From positions 6,060 through 70,059 of the forward strand of contig VBHC01000111.1 in NCBI GenBank assembly GCA_005889535.1: a DNA stretch of 64,000 bases, in the 5' to 3' direction. The notes below the pieces were generated by a model that made no database searches, had not been told where the DNA came from, and was given only the letters and a program-made list of their open reading frames with translations. This DNA comes from Chloroflexota bacterium (GTDB taxonomy: Bacteria > Chloroflexota > Dormibacteria > CF-121). Both the position numbers and the translations under genes were made by a program. Position 1 is the first letter of the stretch; every line of letters begins with the position of its first letter. Of the stretch, positions 40,002 to 49,296 are shown piece after piece.

Positions 40002-41569
40002 GGAGCGAAGCCTACTCGGGTGAAAACGGTGGCCACCCGATCACGGCTAAACAGCTGCCATTCCGGGTTCTGCCCGAGCAGTCCGACGAGGGGATGCCCG
40101 TTCGGCAGCACGATCGCGTCCGGGTCGGCGTCCGCGATAACCGAAGGCCAGCCCTCGGCCAGGTAGCTCACGCGCAGGTATCGGCTGAAGAGCGCCGATC
40201 CGTAGACTTCCACCCGACCATCGATGAAGATGCGGCTCCCCTGGGGATAGAGTCGCCACAGCAGGTAGCCGCCATAGTCGTAGTAGTTGAAGATGCGGAT
40301 CGGTTTCCCGATGGCCTGGAGCGCATCCGTCGCCTGCACCGGAAAGACCGAGGCGATGGCGTCCGCCTCATCGGCGGAGCGGAGATTCGGGAGGGCGCGG
40401 TAGGTGATCATGACGACAACGGCCACCACCAGCAGCGCCAGGTTGAGCACCCCAAGCGCGGCAGTGGGAGGGTTGAGCCGGATCGGCGTCCAGCGCAACG
40501 CCGCCTGGGCGGCCGGTCGGCGGACGGCCGTGGGCAGGATCGCCGAGAGGGTGACGAGCAGCGCCTGGGCGCCGCGAGCGGCGAGCGGCGCCGCGCCGAT
40601 GACGAACAACGGTACGTTGCGCTGCGATGCCAGCGCCAGGTACAGAAGGGCGAAGGCCCACAACCACTCGTGCGTGCGGGCCTTGACCTTCCCGGTCGCC
40701 AGCCCACCCAGGATAAGGAAGACGATCGCTTCGAACATCACGCCGGCCATCGAGTGGAAGTCCGGCGATGCCCATTCCTGGATGTTGTTCTGGATCAGGG
40801 GCGACGTCAGCGTGCCCAGCGGAAACAGCAGGGTCTGGACACCCGACGGGTTGACCACGGACAGCAGCGTCCCGGCCCCGATCGCCGACCCGAACAGGAT
40901 CCGGCGTCGCGCCGGCATCCCGGTCGCGGGCGAACGCCGGGCATCGAACCATTCACCGATCAAAAACAGGCCGGCGATGATGACGCCCACCAGGAAGCCA
41001 GAATGCAGGTTGGCCCACAACCAGATGAAGGGCAGAAGCAGGAATGGACTGAGGCGCCCTTGCCGGTAGAAACCGAGCCCGACCACCAGCACGCCCATCA
41101 TCAGGAGGTTGAGCAGCTGGGGACGGGCTCCCCAGGCTGTCGAACCCGCAAGCGCCCCGACCAGGGTCAGCACCGCGGCCAGCGTCGGATGCAAGTTCGA
41201 CCGCCGCAGAATGACGTAGAGGCAGATGGCGCCGGCCGTCACCACGCCGGCGAAGACGGCAACCAGGAGCGGCAGGCCGCCAAGCTGGTAGAGCAGGTAC
41301 ATGGTGAGATCGGCCAGCCACTCGTGCATCACCCAGGGGTGGCCGGCGGCGCTGAAGGAGTAGAGATCGACGTGGGGAATGGTGCCGGTCGTGACCATGA
41401 GGCGCCCGTTGGCCAGGTGCCACCACAGGTCGGGATCCAGCGGGGGCACCGCGGCCAGGCTGAAGATCGCCGTAAAAAGGAGCCAGCGAAGAACAACCGC
41501 GCTGCTAACCCGGCGCAGCGCGCCGACGACGACAGGCATCAGGGCATGTAACGAGCGGGTGACGGGCAT
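39998..41569 (-). CDS. polytopic GT-C-like membrane protein, family B (DPDxWWH motif), copy 2
   Basis: Motifs LDPDLWWHLANGRLMV...HEWL and the C-terminal NYYDYGGYLLWRLY. Paralog of 25875..27464. Confidence 0.55.
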   Translation of the reverse strand: MPVTRSLHALMPVVVGALRRVSSAVVLRWLLFTAIFSLAAVPPLDPDLWWHLANGRLMVTTGTIPHVDLYSFSAAGHPWVMHEWLADLTMYLLYQLGGLPLLVAVFAGVVTAGAICLYVILRRSNLHPTLAAVLTLVGALAGSTAWGARPQLLNLLMMGVLVVGLGFYRQGRLSPFLLLPFIWLWANLHSGFLVGVIIAGLFLIGEWFDARRSPATGMPARRRILFGSAIGAGTLLSVVNPSGVQTLLFPLGTLTSPLIQNNIQEWASPDFHSMAGVMFEAIVFLILGGLATGKVKARTHEWLWAFALLYLALASQRNVPLFVIGAAPLAARGAQALLVTLSAILPTAVRRPAAQAALRWTPIRLNPPTAALGVLNLALLVVAVVVMITYRALPNLRSADEADAIASVFPVQATDALQAIGKPIRIFNYYDYGGYLLWRLYPQGSRIFIDGRVEVYGSALFSRYLRVSYLAEGWPSVIADADPDAIVLPNGHPLVGLLGQNPEWQLFSRDRVATVFTRVGFAP

Positions 41570-41583
41570 CCTTCATGAGGTCG

Positions 41584-42306
41584 TCATCGGGGCTCGCGCA
41601 TCACCCGCAGGACGAATTGCGGCAGGGCCAGCATGCGTCGCCAGCGCCAGGGCTCCCGGCGCAGCCGATGGAGCCATTCCAGACCGCTGTCGCGCATCCA
41701 GCGAGGAGCGCGCCGAGCTCGACCGGAGATGAAGTCGAAGCTTCCGCCCACCCCCATTCCGACGACGGCGCCGGAACGGGCGAGGTTGCGGGCGAGCCAC
41801 GCCTCTTCCGCGGCCGCGCCGTAGGCCAGGAACAGCAACTGGGCGCCACTCGACCGGACGGCTTGCGTGGTGGCGGGGTCGTTCCCCGGATCCGGCGAGC
41901 CGGCGTGCGTCCCGGCCAGGGTGAAGCCGGGATAGCGCTGGCGGAGCGCGCGGCCGGCCGCCTCCGCGACGCCCGGCCCGCCGCCGAGAAAGAAGAAGCG
42001 CCATCCGTCGCGGGCACCGCGGGCCGCGAGTGCCGTGACGAAATCGACGCCCGCCAACCGGTTGGGGAGCCGGTACCCCAGCCGCCGGGCCGCCCAGAGG
42101 ACGCCAGCGCCGTCAGCCAGCGCCAGGTCGGCGCGACGCAGGATGGCCGCGAAGTCGGGGTCGCGCTCGGCTTGCATGATCCGCTCGGGATTGACGCTGA
42201 TCACCAGGCGGGGCCGCCCCTCCGTCAGCGCCCGGGCCACCCACTCGATCGCCTCCGCCTCGCTGAGTGGGTCGATCGGAACCCCCAGCAGGCTGAACCG
42301 CGTCAC
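41584..42306 (-). CDS. WecB/TagA/CpsF-family glycosyltransferase (GT26; N-acetylmannosaminyltransferase-like)
   Basis: ~240 aa with the LLFLAYGAAAEEAWL...SFDFISG pattern typical of TagA/WecG. Confidence 0.7.
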   Translation of the reverse strand: MTRFSLLGVPIDPLSEAEAIEWVARALTEGRPRLVISVNPERIMQAERDPDFAAILRRADLALADGAGVLWAARRLGYRLPNRLAGVDFVTALAARGARDGWRFFFLGGGPGVAEAAGRALRQRYPGFTLAGTHAGSPDPGNDPATTQAVRSSGAQLLFLAYGAAAEEAWLARNLARSGAVVGMGVGGSFDFISGRARRAPRWMRDSGLEWLHRLRREPWRWRRMLALPQFVLRVMREPR

Positions 42307-43448
42307 GCGGCGAATGCCTGCCGGTAGACCTCCGCCGTTTCACGGCCGAGGCGTTCAATGCTGAACGCCTTCGACCGTTGAAGGCCGGCATTCCGAAGAC
42401 GGGACTGCTCATCATCGAAGCGCAGCAGGCGTTCCATTGCCTGGGTCAGCTCCTCCACGCTCTCCGTGCGCAGCACCACGCCCGCCTCATCGACCAGCTC
42501 GGCCAGGGCCTCGGCCGAAGACACGATCACCGGGGTGGCGCACGACATCGCCTCCAGCACCGGCAGCCCAAAGCCTTCGTAGCGGGACGGATAGACGAAG
42601 ATCGACGCGCCGCTGTAGATCGCGGGCAGAGCATCGCGCGGGATGTAGTCCAGCGCAATCACGTGGCTGCGCGGTCCCGCCTGGCGTACCTGCCGCGCCA
42701 GTCGCTCGGCTCCCCGGTTGGTCCGGCCGACGAAGACTAGCGCCGAGTCGTCCGTGAGATCAGGTGGAAGCAGCTCATAAGCGGCCCGCAACCGGGCAAG
42801 GTCTTTGCGCGGATCGATGGTGCCGACGTAGAGGACATACCGCTCCGGTAACCCGAAGCGCTTGCGCACGGCGGCGACCTCGTCCGCCGGCCGCGGTTTG
42901 AAGGTCGCGTCGGCGCACAGCGGGACATAAGCAACCCGCTCCGGCGCGATATGGTACAGGTCGATGACCTGCCGGCAGACCGCTTTGGATGAGACCATGA
43001 CCCGTTGCGCCCGCCGAATGCTCCGCGGGCCGAGCATCCCGAAGTACCAGCGGGCACGCGGATGCAGGTCGTCAGGGCGGATCCGATAGGCGAGGTCGGG
43101 CACGCTCAGCACCAGCGGGACGGCGCTCAGCAGAGGCGCCACGCCGAGCACCGAGTGCAACAGCCGCAGGGCGCGGGGATACGCTCCAAAACGCCAGGGG
43201 AGCGACCATTGTTCGCGGCCCATCCGCAAGCCCCGTGGCACGCGCCGAAAAGGCACGACTCGATGACCCTGGAGCGCGTCCTGAATGTGGGGGATGACAT
43301 CGCTGGGAGCCAGGACGTCGACCGAGGCCCCGACCTGGTGCAGGCCGCGAAGGATGTGCAGCGCATGATGCTCGAGACCGGTAAACGGCTGAGCCGCAAA
43401 CAGGAGGTCGACCGCGATGCCATCCGGGACGGCATTCTTCGCCGACAT
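42303..43448 (-). CDS. GT4 (GT-B) glycosyltransferase
   Basis: C-terminal EGFGLPVLEAMSCATPVIVS motif (E-x7-E). Confidence 0.75.
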   Translation of the reverse strand: MSAKNAVPDGIAVDLLFAAQPFTGLEHHALHILRGLHQVGASVDVLAPSDVIPHIQDALQGHRVVPFRRVPRGLRMGREQWSLPWRFGAYPRALRLLHSVLGVAPLLSAVPLVLSVPDLAYRIRPDDLHPRARWYFGMLGPRSIRRAQRVMVSSKAVCRQVIDLYHIAPERVAYVPLCADATFKPRPADEVAAVRKRFGLPERYVLYVGTIDPRKDLARLRAAYELLPPDLTDDSALVFVGRTNRGAERLARQVRQAGPRSHVIALDYIPRDALPAIYSGASIFVYPSRYEGFGLPVLEAMSCATPVIVSSAEALAELVDEAGVVLRTESVEELTQAMERLLRFDDEQSRLRNAGLQRSKAFSIERLGRETAEVYRQAFAA

Positions 43449-43534
43449 TGCGCGATGCTAGCGGATTCCCGCTCCGCGGGCCACGGTTACACAGTGACTG
43501 AACCGCGCCGTCGCGCCGTCTCCGCGCCGCACCC

Positions 43535-44608
43535 ATGATCGTCGGCATCGACGGAACCCCCGCGATGCGCCGCGTGGCGACGGGAACAGAGGTTTACGCG
43601 CGCAGCGTCATCGAGGCCCTCGCTGCATCGAAGGGTGATCGCACGATGCGCGTCTACGCGAATGCGACCGATCCCCCACCATGGTTGCCCGCAGCCGTCG
43701 AATGGCGCGGCATCCCGTTTCCGCGCCTCTGGACGCACTGGCGGCTGCGACAGGCGCTTCGCCGGGAGCGGCCCGAGGTGACGTTTATTCCCAGCCATGT
43801 GTTGCCGTTCGCCCTTGGTCTCACATCGGTGGTCACCATTCATGACGTCGGGCATCGGCGAGAGCCGCGGTCCTACTCGCGCCGGGCGCGCTGGTATCTG
43901 GAGGCAACCACCAGGTACGCGGCTCGGCGCGCGAACCGTTTGATCGCCGTCTCGAAAGCCACCGCCGCGGACCTCGTCCGGTTCTATGGCGTGCCGGGCG
44001 GGCGCGTGGTCGTGGTGCATTCCGGTGTCGATCCGCGCATGCGTCCGCAGGACCCGGCGAGGGTGGCGGAAGTCACCCACCGGTTGGGCGTGGTCGGCCC
44101 TTACTTCCTTTATGTTGGACGGAATCATCCCCGCAAGAACCTGTCGATGCTGCGCCGTGCCTTCGACGAGGCGCGCCGGCGGGGCCTGAACGCGACCCTG
44201 GTCCTCGCCGGACCAGGCCACGATCACGCGCTGTCCAGTGATGTCCTGACCACGCTGCCCTATGTGTCGCCCGATGATCTGCCCGCGCTCTACGCGGGAG
44301 CCATTGCCCTGGCCCTTCCGTCACGCTTTGAAGGCTTTGGGTTCCCCGCGTTGGAGGCTATGCGCTGTGGCACTGCCGTCATCGCCTCGAGCGCCGGGGC
44401 CCTTCCGGAGATCGTCGGCACGGCCGGCATTCTCCTGAGCCCAGACGATCCCGGCGCCTGGAGCCAGGCCGTGCTCGAGCTGGCCCATGATCCGGCACTG
44501 CAGCAGCGGTTGATCGTGGCCGGAAGCGCGCGCAGCGCCGACTTCACGTGGGAGATTGCCGCTTCGAAGACCTGGCGGGTGCTGGACGGCGCCGCCGGCC
44601 AGGGTTAG
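43535..44608 (+). CDS. GT4 (GT-B) glycosyltransferase
   Basis: Motif FEGFGFPALEAMRCGTAVIAS. Confidence 0.75.
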   Translation: MIVGIDGTPAMRRVATGTEVYARSVIEALAASKGDRTMRVYANATDPPPWLPAAVEWRGIPFPRLWTHWRLRQALRRERPEVTFIPSHVLPFALGLTSVVTIHDVGHRREPRSYSRRARWYLEATTRYAARRANRLIAVSKATAADLVRFYGVPGGRVVVVHSGVDPRMRPQDPARVAEVTHRLGVVGPYFLYVGRNHPRKNLSMLRRAFDEARRRGLNATLVLAGPGHDHALSSDVLTTLPYVSPDDLPALYAGAIALALPSRFEGFGFPALEAMRCGTAVIASSAGALPEIVGTAGILLSPDDPGAWSQAVLELAHDPALQQRLIVAGSARSADFTWEIAASKTWRVLDGAAGQG

Positions 44609-44877
44609 CGGCGGAGCGCTATCGCGCGCCGATCAAGTTCCGTCGATTCTCGGGAAATCGGGAACCGCGGAATCGCCATACGCCGCATTCATGGGACTGA
44701 AGCGCCGCCCGGCCCCTTTCTTACGCCGCTCCTTAGGTTTCGAGAGCTCCGTGGATTTGGGTGCCGTTTCCGACGTCTCGTCGCTGACACGCTCATCGCG
44801 CCGTGACGGCTTTGCGGCCCGGGCCATGGCGTCATCATTCTATTGCGCAACGGCGCAGACGGTCGGCCCGCTATCGG

Positions 44878-45822
44878 TTAGTCCCTGAGGACGGATTCGT
44901 AGACGTCGCGGTGCGCGGCGGCGCTGGCGGACCAGGTATACAGCGCGGCCCGGGCCCGACCGGCCGCCACCTGGCGGTCGCGCAGCTCGCGGTCGCTGAG
45001 CAACCGGCGCAGATTGTCAGCCAAGGCCTCGTCATCTGCCGGCGCCGTAAGCAGGGCCGCATTGCCGGCCACTTCCGGGATGGCACCGGCGTTGGACGCG
45101 ACCACCGGCGTGCCCGCGGCGAACGCCTCCAGGATCGGCAAACCGAAGCCCTCGTCGAGGGACGGGAACACGACGGCCTGCGCCATCTGGTAGAGCGCCG
45201 GAAGGTCGGGCATCCCGGCATAACCGACAAACCGCACCGAATGCGTCAGCTCGAGGTTGCGCACGGCATCGACCACCGGGTCGTAGTTCCAGCCGAAACC
45301 GCCGACCGCGATCAGGGGGACGCGTTCCGCGGCCGGGATCCGCGCCAGGGCGCGCAACGTGGTGATGTAGTTCTTCCGTGGTTGCACAGTCCCGACTTGC
45401 AGCAGGTACCGTTTCGGCAGTCCATAGCGAGCCTGAACCTCTGCCCGCAATGATGGTGACGCCGGCAGCGAGAACTCGGTCTCGACGCCGTGCGGAATCA
45501 CGCGGCAGCGCGCCGCCTCGACGCCAAAGAGCCGCGTGATCGCCAGCTTCGTCGCGTTCGAGGGGCAGATGATCAGACGGGCCTGATGGACAGACCGCGG
45601 AACCACCACTCTGGTGGCAAACCACTGGTCAGCCGGAAACCATTCCGGGTGATCGTAGATCGCCAGGTCATGGATGGTGACCACCCCCGGAAGGCCGACG
45701 ACGAGTAAGGGCAGCGAATTGGCGGGACCGTGGATGAGCTGGGCGCCGTCCCGCCGCATTCGGAGTGGGGTCAGGACCTGAGGACCGATGACTCTGGGAC
45801 CTCGCTTTGCGTAGGTCGCCAC
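44878..45822 (-). CDS. GT4 (GT-B) glycosyltransferase
   Basis: Motif DEGFGLPILEAFAAGTPVVAS. Confidence 0.75.
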   Translation of the reverse strand: MATYAKRGPRVIGPQVLTPLRMRRDGAQLIHGPANSLPLLVVGLPGVVTIHDLAIYDHPEWFPADQWFATRVVVPRSVHQARLIICPSNATKLAITRLFGVEAARCRVIPHGVETEFSLPASPSLRAEVQARYGLPKRYLLQVGTVQPRKNYITTLRALARIPAAERVPLIAVGGFGWNYDPVVDAVRNLELTHSVRFVGYAGMPDLPALYQMAQAVVFPSLDEGFGLPILEAFAAGTPVVASNAGAIPEVAGNAALLTAPADDEALADNLRRLLSDRELRDRQVAAGRARAALYTWSASAAAHRDVYESVLRD

Positions 45823-45959
45823 GGTGATCCCGTGACTGTCGTCGAATGCGGTGATCAGCGCCCGGATGTAACGCCCGACCCCGGTCGCGTTATTGTCGCT
45901 CAGCGCCCGCGTGTCGAGCGCTACCCGTAGTGGTTGTGTCGTCGCGACGCTAGACCGCC

Positions 45960-46925
45960 TCAGGCGTAGGTGTCGATCCGAGCCTGCCGAAAAAGAGCCT
46001 CCACGACATGCCGGGCCGGGAACTGGGCGAGATCAGCCGCCCAGAGTGTCACCACGCGGTCGCCCATCGGCGGAATGTCTGGCCGGCGGGCAATGGCGAG
46101 CACCACGGCGCCGGCTGCTGCCGCCGTGTGAAGCGCATCACCATCGTGGCCGATTACGGCAAGGCTGAGCTCGCTGAGCACGGCCACCTCATCGACCGTC
46201 ATGTCGGCCAGCTTGACGACGGTCGTGGGCTTGGCAATGCCTGCCCGTGTCTCGCGCACCACGCGCTCGTCGCCGACGCCGGACAGCAGGATGACGCGCT
46301 CGGCCGTCGCCTGGTTGGCCACCACGGCGAAGCGCTCGGCCGGCCACGATTGGCCCGACCGCCCGCCGGACCAGCCGCCGCCGCCTGGAATCAAGACCAA
46401 TGGACGCCGGCCGCCCCCAATGAAAGCCGGCCAGCGGGCAATCGCTTTCGCCCGCACGGTCTCCGGTGGATGCAACGTCGGCGCATCGCCGGGCGCGAGC
46501 ACCGGCCGGTTGCCGGCCGCCGCCGCAAGCCGCCAGTTGGCTTCGACCGGATGCATCCCGCGGATGGCGGTGACTCGCTCGGTCGCGGCCCAATCATTGG
46601 CGCCCGCCACCATCAGGCGGCGCGGAACACCGGCGAAGTAGGTCAGCGCAAGGTGGAGGAACCTCGCCGGGAACGGGACGACAACCGTGCTGATCGGGCC
46701 GGCGCGCAGGCGCCGAAAGACACGCAACAACTCCCGAGGCGAGTCATCGAACACGAACGCACGGCCGACAGACGGCAGACCGAGCAACGTCCCAACCGCG
46801 TCGCCCGAGGTAAAGACCATGGCTCCCTCACACGCACGCAGGAGGGGTTGCGCCATCAGCGCTTCCCGGACGCCACCGCCGAGCAAGATGGCGACCCGCG
46901 ACGAAGGGCGCGGTACCGTGCTCAT
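45960..46925 (-). CDS. GT9 (heptosyltransferase-family) glycosyltransferase
   Basis: Heptosyltransferase-like N-terminus (RVAILLGGGVREALMAQPLL) and C-terminal IGHDGDALHTAAAAGAVVLAI. Its ATG at 46923..46925 overlaps the mreB-like stop. Confidence 0.6.
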   Translation of the reverse strand: MSTVPRPSSRVAILLGGGVREALMAQPLLRACEGAMVFTSGDAVGTLLGLPSVGRAFVFDDSPRELLRVFRRLRAGPISTVVVPFPARFLHLALTYFAGVPRRLMVAGANDWAATERVTAIRGMHPVEANWRLAAAAGNRPVLAPGDAPTLHPPETVRAKAIARWPAFIGGGRRPLVLIPGGGGWSGGRSGQSWPAERFAVVANQATAERVILLSGVGDERVVRETRAGIAKPTTVVKLADMTVDEVAVLSELSLAVIGHDGDALHTAAAAGAVVLAIARRPDIPPMGDRVVTLWAADLAQFPARHVVEALFRQARIDTYA

Positions 46926-47923
46926 GTGATGTAGTGCTGGCCCCGCCGGATCACCTGCAAGTTGTCGAGCGCCATCCCGGTTCCGACGGCCACGCAACTC
47001 TGCGGATCGCGAGCCACCCGCGTGGGGACGCCGGCGTGCGCCGTCAGAAATTCCGCAATCCCAGGGAGCTGCGCACCGCCACCGGTGAGGATGGCGCCAT
47101 TGCGCTTCAGGGAAAGACGCCGGTCTTCCGTGACCTGGGCCATCACCCGCTGCAGCCCAGCGACGATCGCGAGCAGCGGCTCCTGAATGGCACGCTGCAC
47201 CTCCTTCCCGGAGAGACGAAGTCGGAGCGCCTGGCCCTCGCCATCGGCGGCGGCGAGCTCGAGCCAGGCGTCCGCGGCGGGTTCCGTCGCCGAGCCGGTA
47301 GCGACCTTGAAACGCTCGGCTTCACCCGGCAACAGCCGCACACCGTGGGTCGCGGCGACGGCCTCTTCGATCGCGCGGTCGAGGCTCTCGCCGCCGATGC
47401 GGATGGATTCCAGAGCGAGCATCTCCCCCTGGGCAATGGCGACCACGTCGGTGGAACCGGCGCCCAGGTTGACGACCAGGATCCCGTCCGTCGTCGCCAC
47501 CGGGACTCGGGCGCCGATCGCCGCCGCCATCGGCTTGTCGATCAGATAGGCGCTCTTGGCCCCCGCATGCATGGTGGCCTCGAGCACTGCGCGCCTCTCG
47601 ACACCGGTGACCATCGGCGGCACTGAGAGCATCACGTCCGGTCGGAAGATCCGCTGCCGGCCGACGATCCGACCAATCAGATGCTGGACCATGGCCCCGG
47701 CCGCGCCGTAATCCACGCCGTCCCCATCGCGGACCGGCCGAATGGCACGAGCTTTGCCGCCGCGTCCGAGCAGTTCCGAGGCCGCGCGTCCGATGGCCAG
47801 CACGCGCACCCCTCGCTCATCGGTTGCCATCAGCGCCGGTTCGTTCACCACAATGCCCTCGCCTTTGACATAGACAAGCACCGTCGAGGTGCCGAGATCA
47901 ATCCCAATTTTCTTGGAGAGCAC
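46922..47923 (-). CDS. MreB/Mbl-family actin-like cell-shape protein
   Basis: IGIDLGTSTVLVY, LVVNLGAGSTDVVAI and C-terminal GGGAQLPGIAEFL motifs. The order mreB-like - murA - atp is as in Bacillus (mbl-murAA-atp). Confidence 0.7.
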   Translation of the reverse strand: MLSKKIGIDLGTSTVLVYVKGEGIVVNEPALMATDERGVRVLAIGRAASELLGRGGKARAIRPVRDGDGVDYGAAGAMVQHLIGRIVGRQRIFRPDVMLSVPPMVTGVERRAVLEATMHAGAKSAYLIDKPMAAAIGARVPVATTDGILVVNLGAGSTDVVAIAQGEMLALESIRIGGESLDRAIEEAVAATHGVRLLPGEAERFKVATGSATEPAADAWLELAAADGEGQALRLRLSGKEVQRAIQEPLLAIVAGLQRVMAQVTEDRRLSLKRNGAILTGGGAQLPGIAEFLTAHAGVPTRVARDPQSCVAVGTGMALDNLQVIRRGQHYIT

Positions 47924-47930
47924 GGCGACC

Positions 47931-49229
47931 TCAATCCCCCACTACCCTGGAGAGATCTGGCCGCACCTCGGCCTCACCGTCGACCCGAGTGATATGTGCG
48001 CCGAGTCGCTCCAGCTTGGCCACCATGTCCTGATAGCCGCGGTCGAGATGGTAGATGTTGTCGAGGGCGGTCGTCCCTTTGGCGCAGAGTGCCGCCACGA
48101 CGAGGGCGGCGCCGGAGCGGATGTCGGGCACGTTGACCGAACCGCCGTGCAGCGCGCTGGGGCCGGAGACGATCGCGCTGCGGCCCTCGACCTCGATGTC
48201 CGCCCCCAGCTTGCGCAGCTCGGGAACGTGCTGGAAGCGGTTTTCGAAGACGGCTTCCGAAACCACACACCGTCCGGCCGCTTGGGTCATCAGGCTGACC
48301 CAGGGCGCCTGCAGGTCCGTCGGGAAGCCGGGATGTGGCCAGGTCGTGACGTCCACCGGTTGGACCCGGTCGTTGCCCTGCACCCAGAGGCTGTGTGTCT
48401 GATCCTGTACCTCGACGCCAGCCGCCCGCAGCTTGAGGATCAGGGCCCGAAGGTCTCCCGTTACAACATCTTCCAGGACAGCCTCACCACCCGTCGCCGC
48501 GATAGCGATCGCGTACGTCCCGGTCTCGATGTTGTCGGGGATGACACGATGGGTCGCGCCGCTCAGCTCGGATACGCCCTCGATCTGCAGTACGTCGGTG
48601 CCAATCCCCTGGATGCGGGCCCCCATCTTGCCCAAGAAAAATGCCAGGTCGACGACGTGCGGCTCGCGGGCGGCGTTGTGGATCGTGGTGATGCCGTCAG
48701 CAGTGGCGGCCGCCATCATCAGGTTCTCCGTGCCGGTCACGGTCGGCATGTCCAGGTGGATGGTCGCGCCCCTCAGCCGGTCGGCGCGGGCCACGTACTC
48801 GCCACCCTCGAGCTCGACCCGAGCGCCCATCAAGCGGAGGCCGACCACGTGCTGCTCGACGCGGCGCATACCGATGTCGTCGCCGCCGGGTTTGGCCACC
48901 CTGGCCTCACCGCGGCGGGCCAGCAGCGGCCCCATCAACAGGAACGAGGCGCGCATCCGGTTGGCCATGGCCGCGAGCACCTCGCTCTTGGCCAGCCGCT
49001 CGGCATCGACCTGGATCTGCTGCGGGTCGAGCCAGCGGGTGTGAACCCCCATGGCACCGAGCAAACGCTCCATGGTAAAGACGTCCTCGATCCGCGGCAC
49101 GTTCTTGATCCGGCACTCTTCCTCCGTCAGCAGGCAGGCAGCCAGGATTGGAAGCACGGCGTTTTTGGAACCGCTGATGGGCACACGCCCGACCAACCGG
49201 GATCCCCCCTCGATCAGGAGCTGCGCCAC
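47931..49229 (-). CDS. murA: UDP-N-acetylglucosamine 1-carboxyvinyltransferase MurA (Asp in place of catalytic Cys)
   Basis: Full MurA fold motifs. The active-site loop reads KPGGDDIG (D117, codon 48879..48881) where E. coli has PGGCAIG. Confidence 0.9.
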   Translation of the reverse strand: MAQLLIEGGSRLVGRVPISGSKNAVLPILAACLLTEEECRIKNVPRIEDVFTMERLLGAMGVHTRWLDPQQIQVDAERLAKSEVLAAMANRMRASFLLMGPLLARRGEARVAKPGGDDIGMRRVEQHVVGLRLMGARVELEGGEYVARADRLRGATIHLDMPTVTGTENLMMAAATADGITTIHNAAREPHVVDLAFFLGKMGARIQGIGTDVLQIEGVSELSGATHRVIPDNIETGTYAIAIAATGGEAVLEDVVTGDLRALILKLRAAGVEVQDQTHSLWVQGNDRVQPVDVTTWPHPGFPTDLQAPWVSLMTQAAGRCVVSEAVFENRFQHVPELRKLGADIEVEGRSAIVSGPSALHGGSVNVPDIRSGAALVVAALCAKGTTALDNIYHLDRGYQDMVAKLERLGAHITRVDGEAEVRPDLSRVVGD

Positions 49230-49296
49230 TGACCCCCTAGGGTAACAGTCCGCGCCGCGCCCGGCCGTGAATGACGGCTATCAGGTTTGCGATCGG

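Noticed and set aside
44633-44827. 64-aa basic ORF in the 270-bp gap between the GT4 genes
   Set aside because: No Shine-Dalgarno sequence, low complexity (K/R/E/S-rich) and no recognisable motif. It may be a real small protein, but the sequence alone does not support it.
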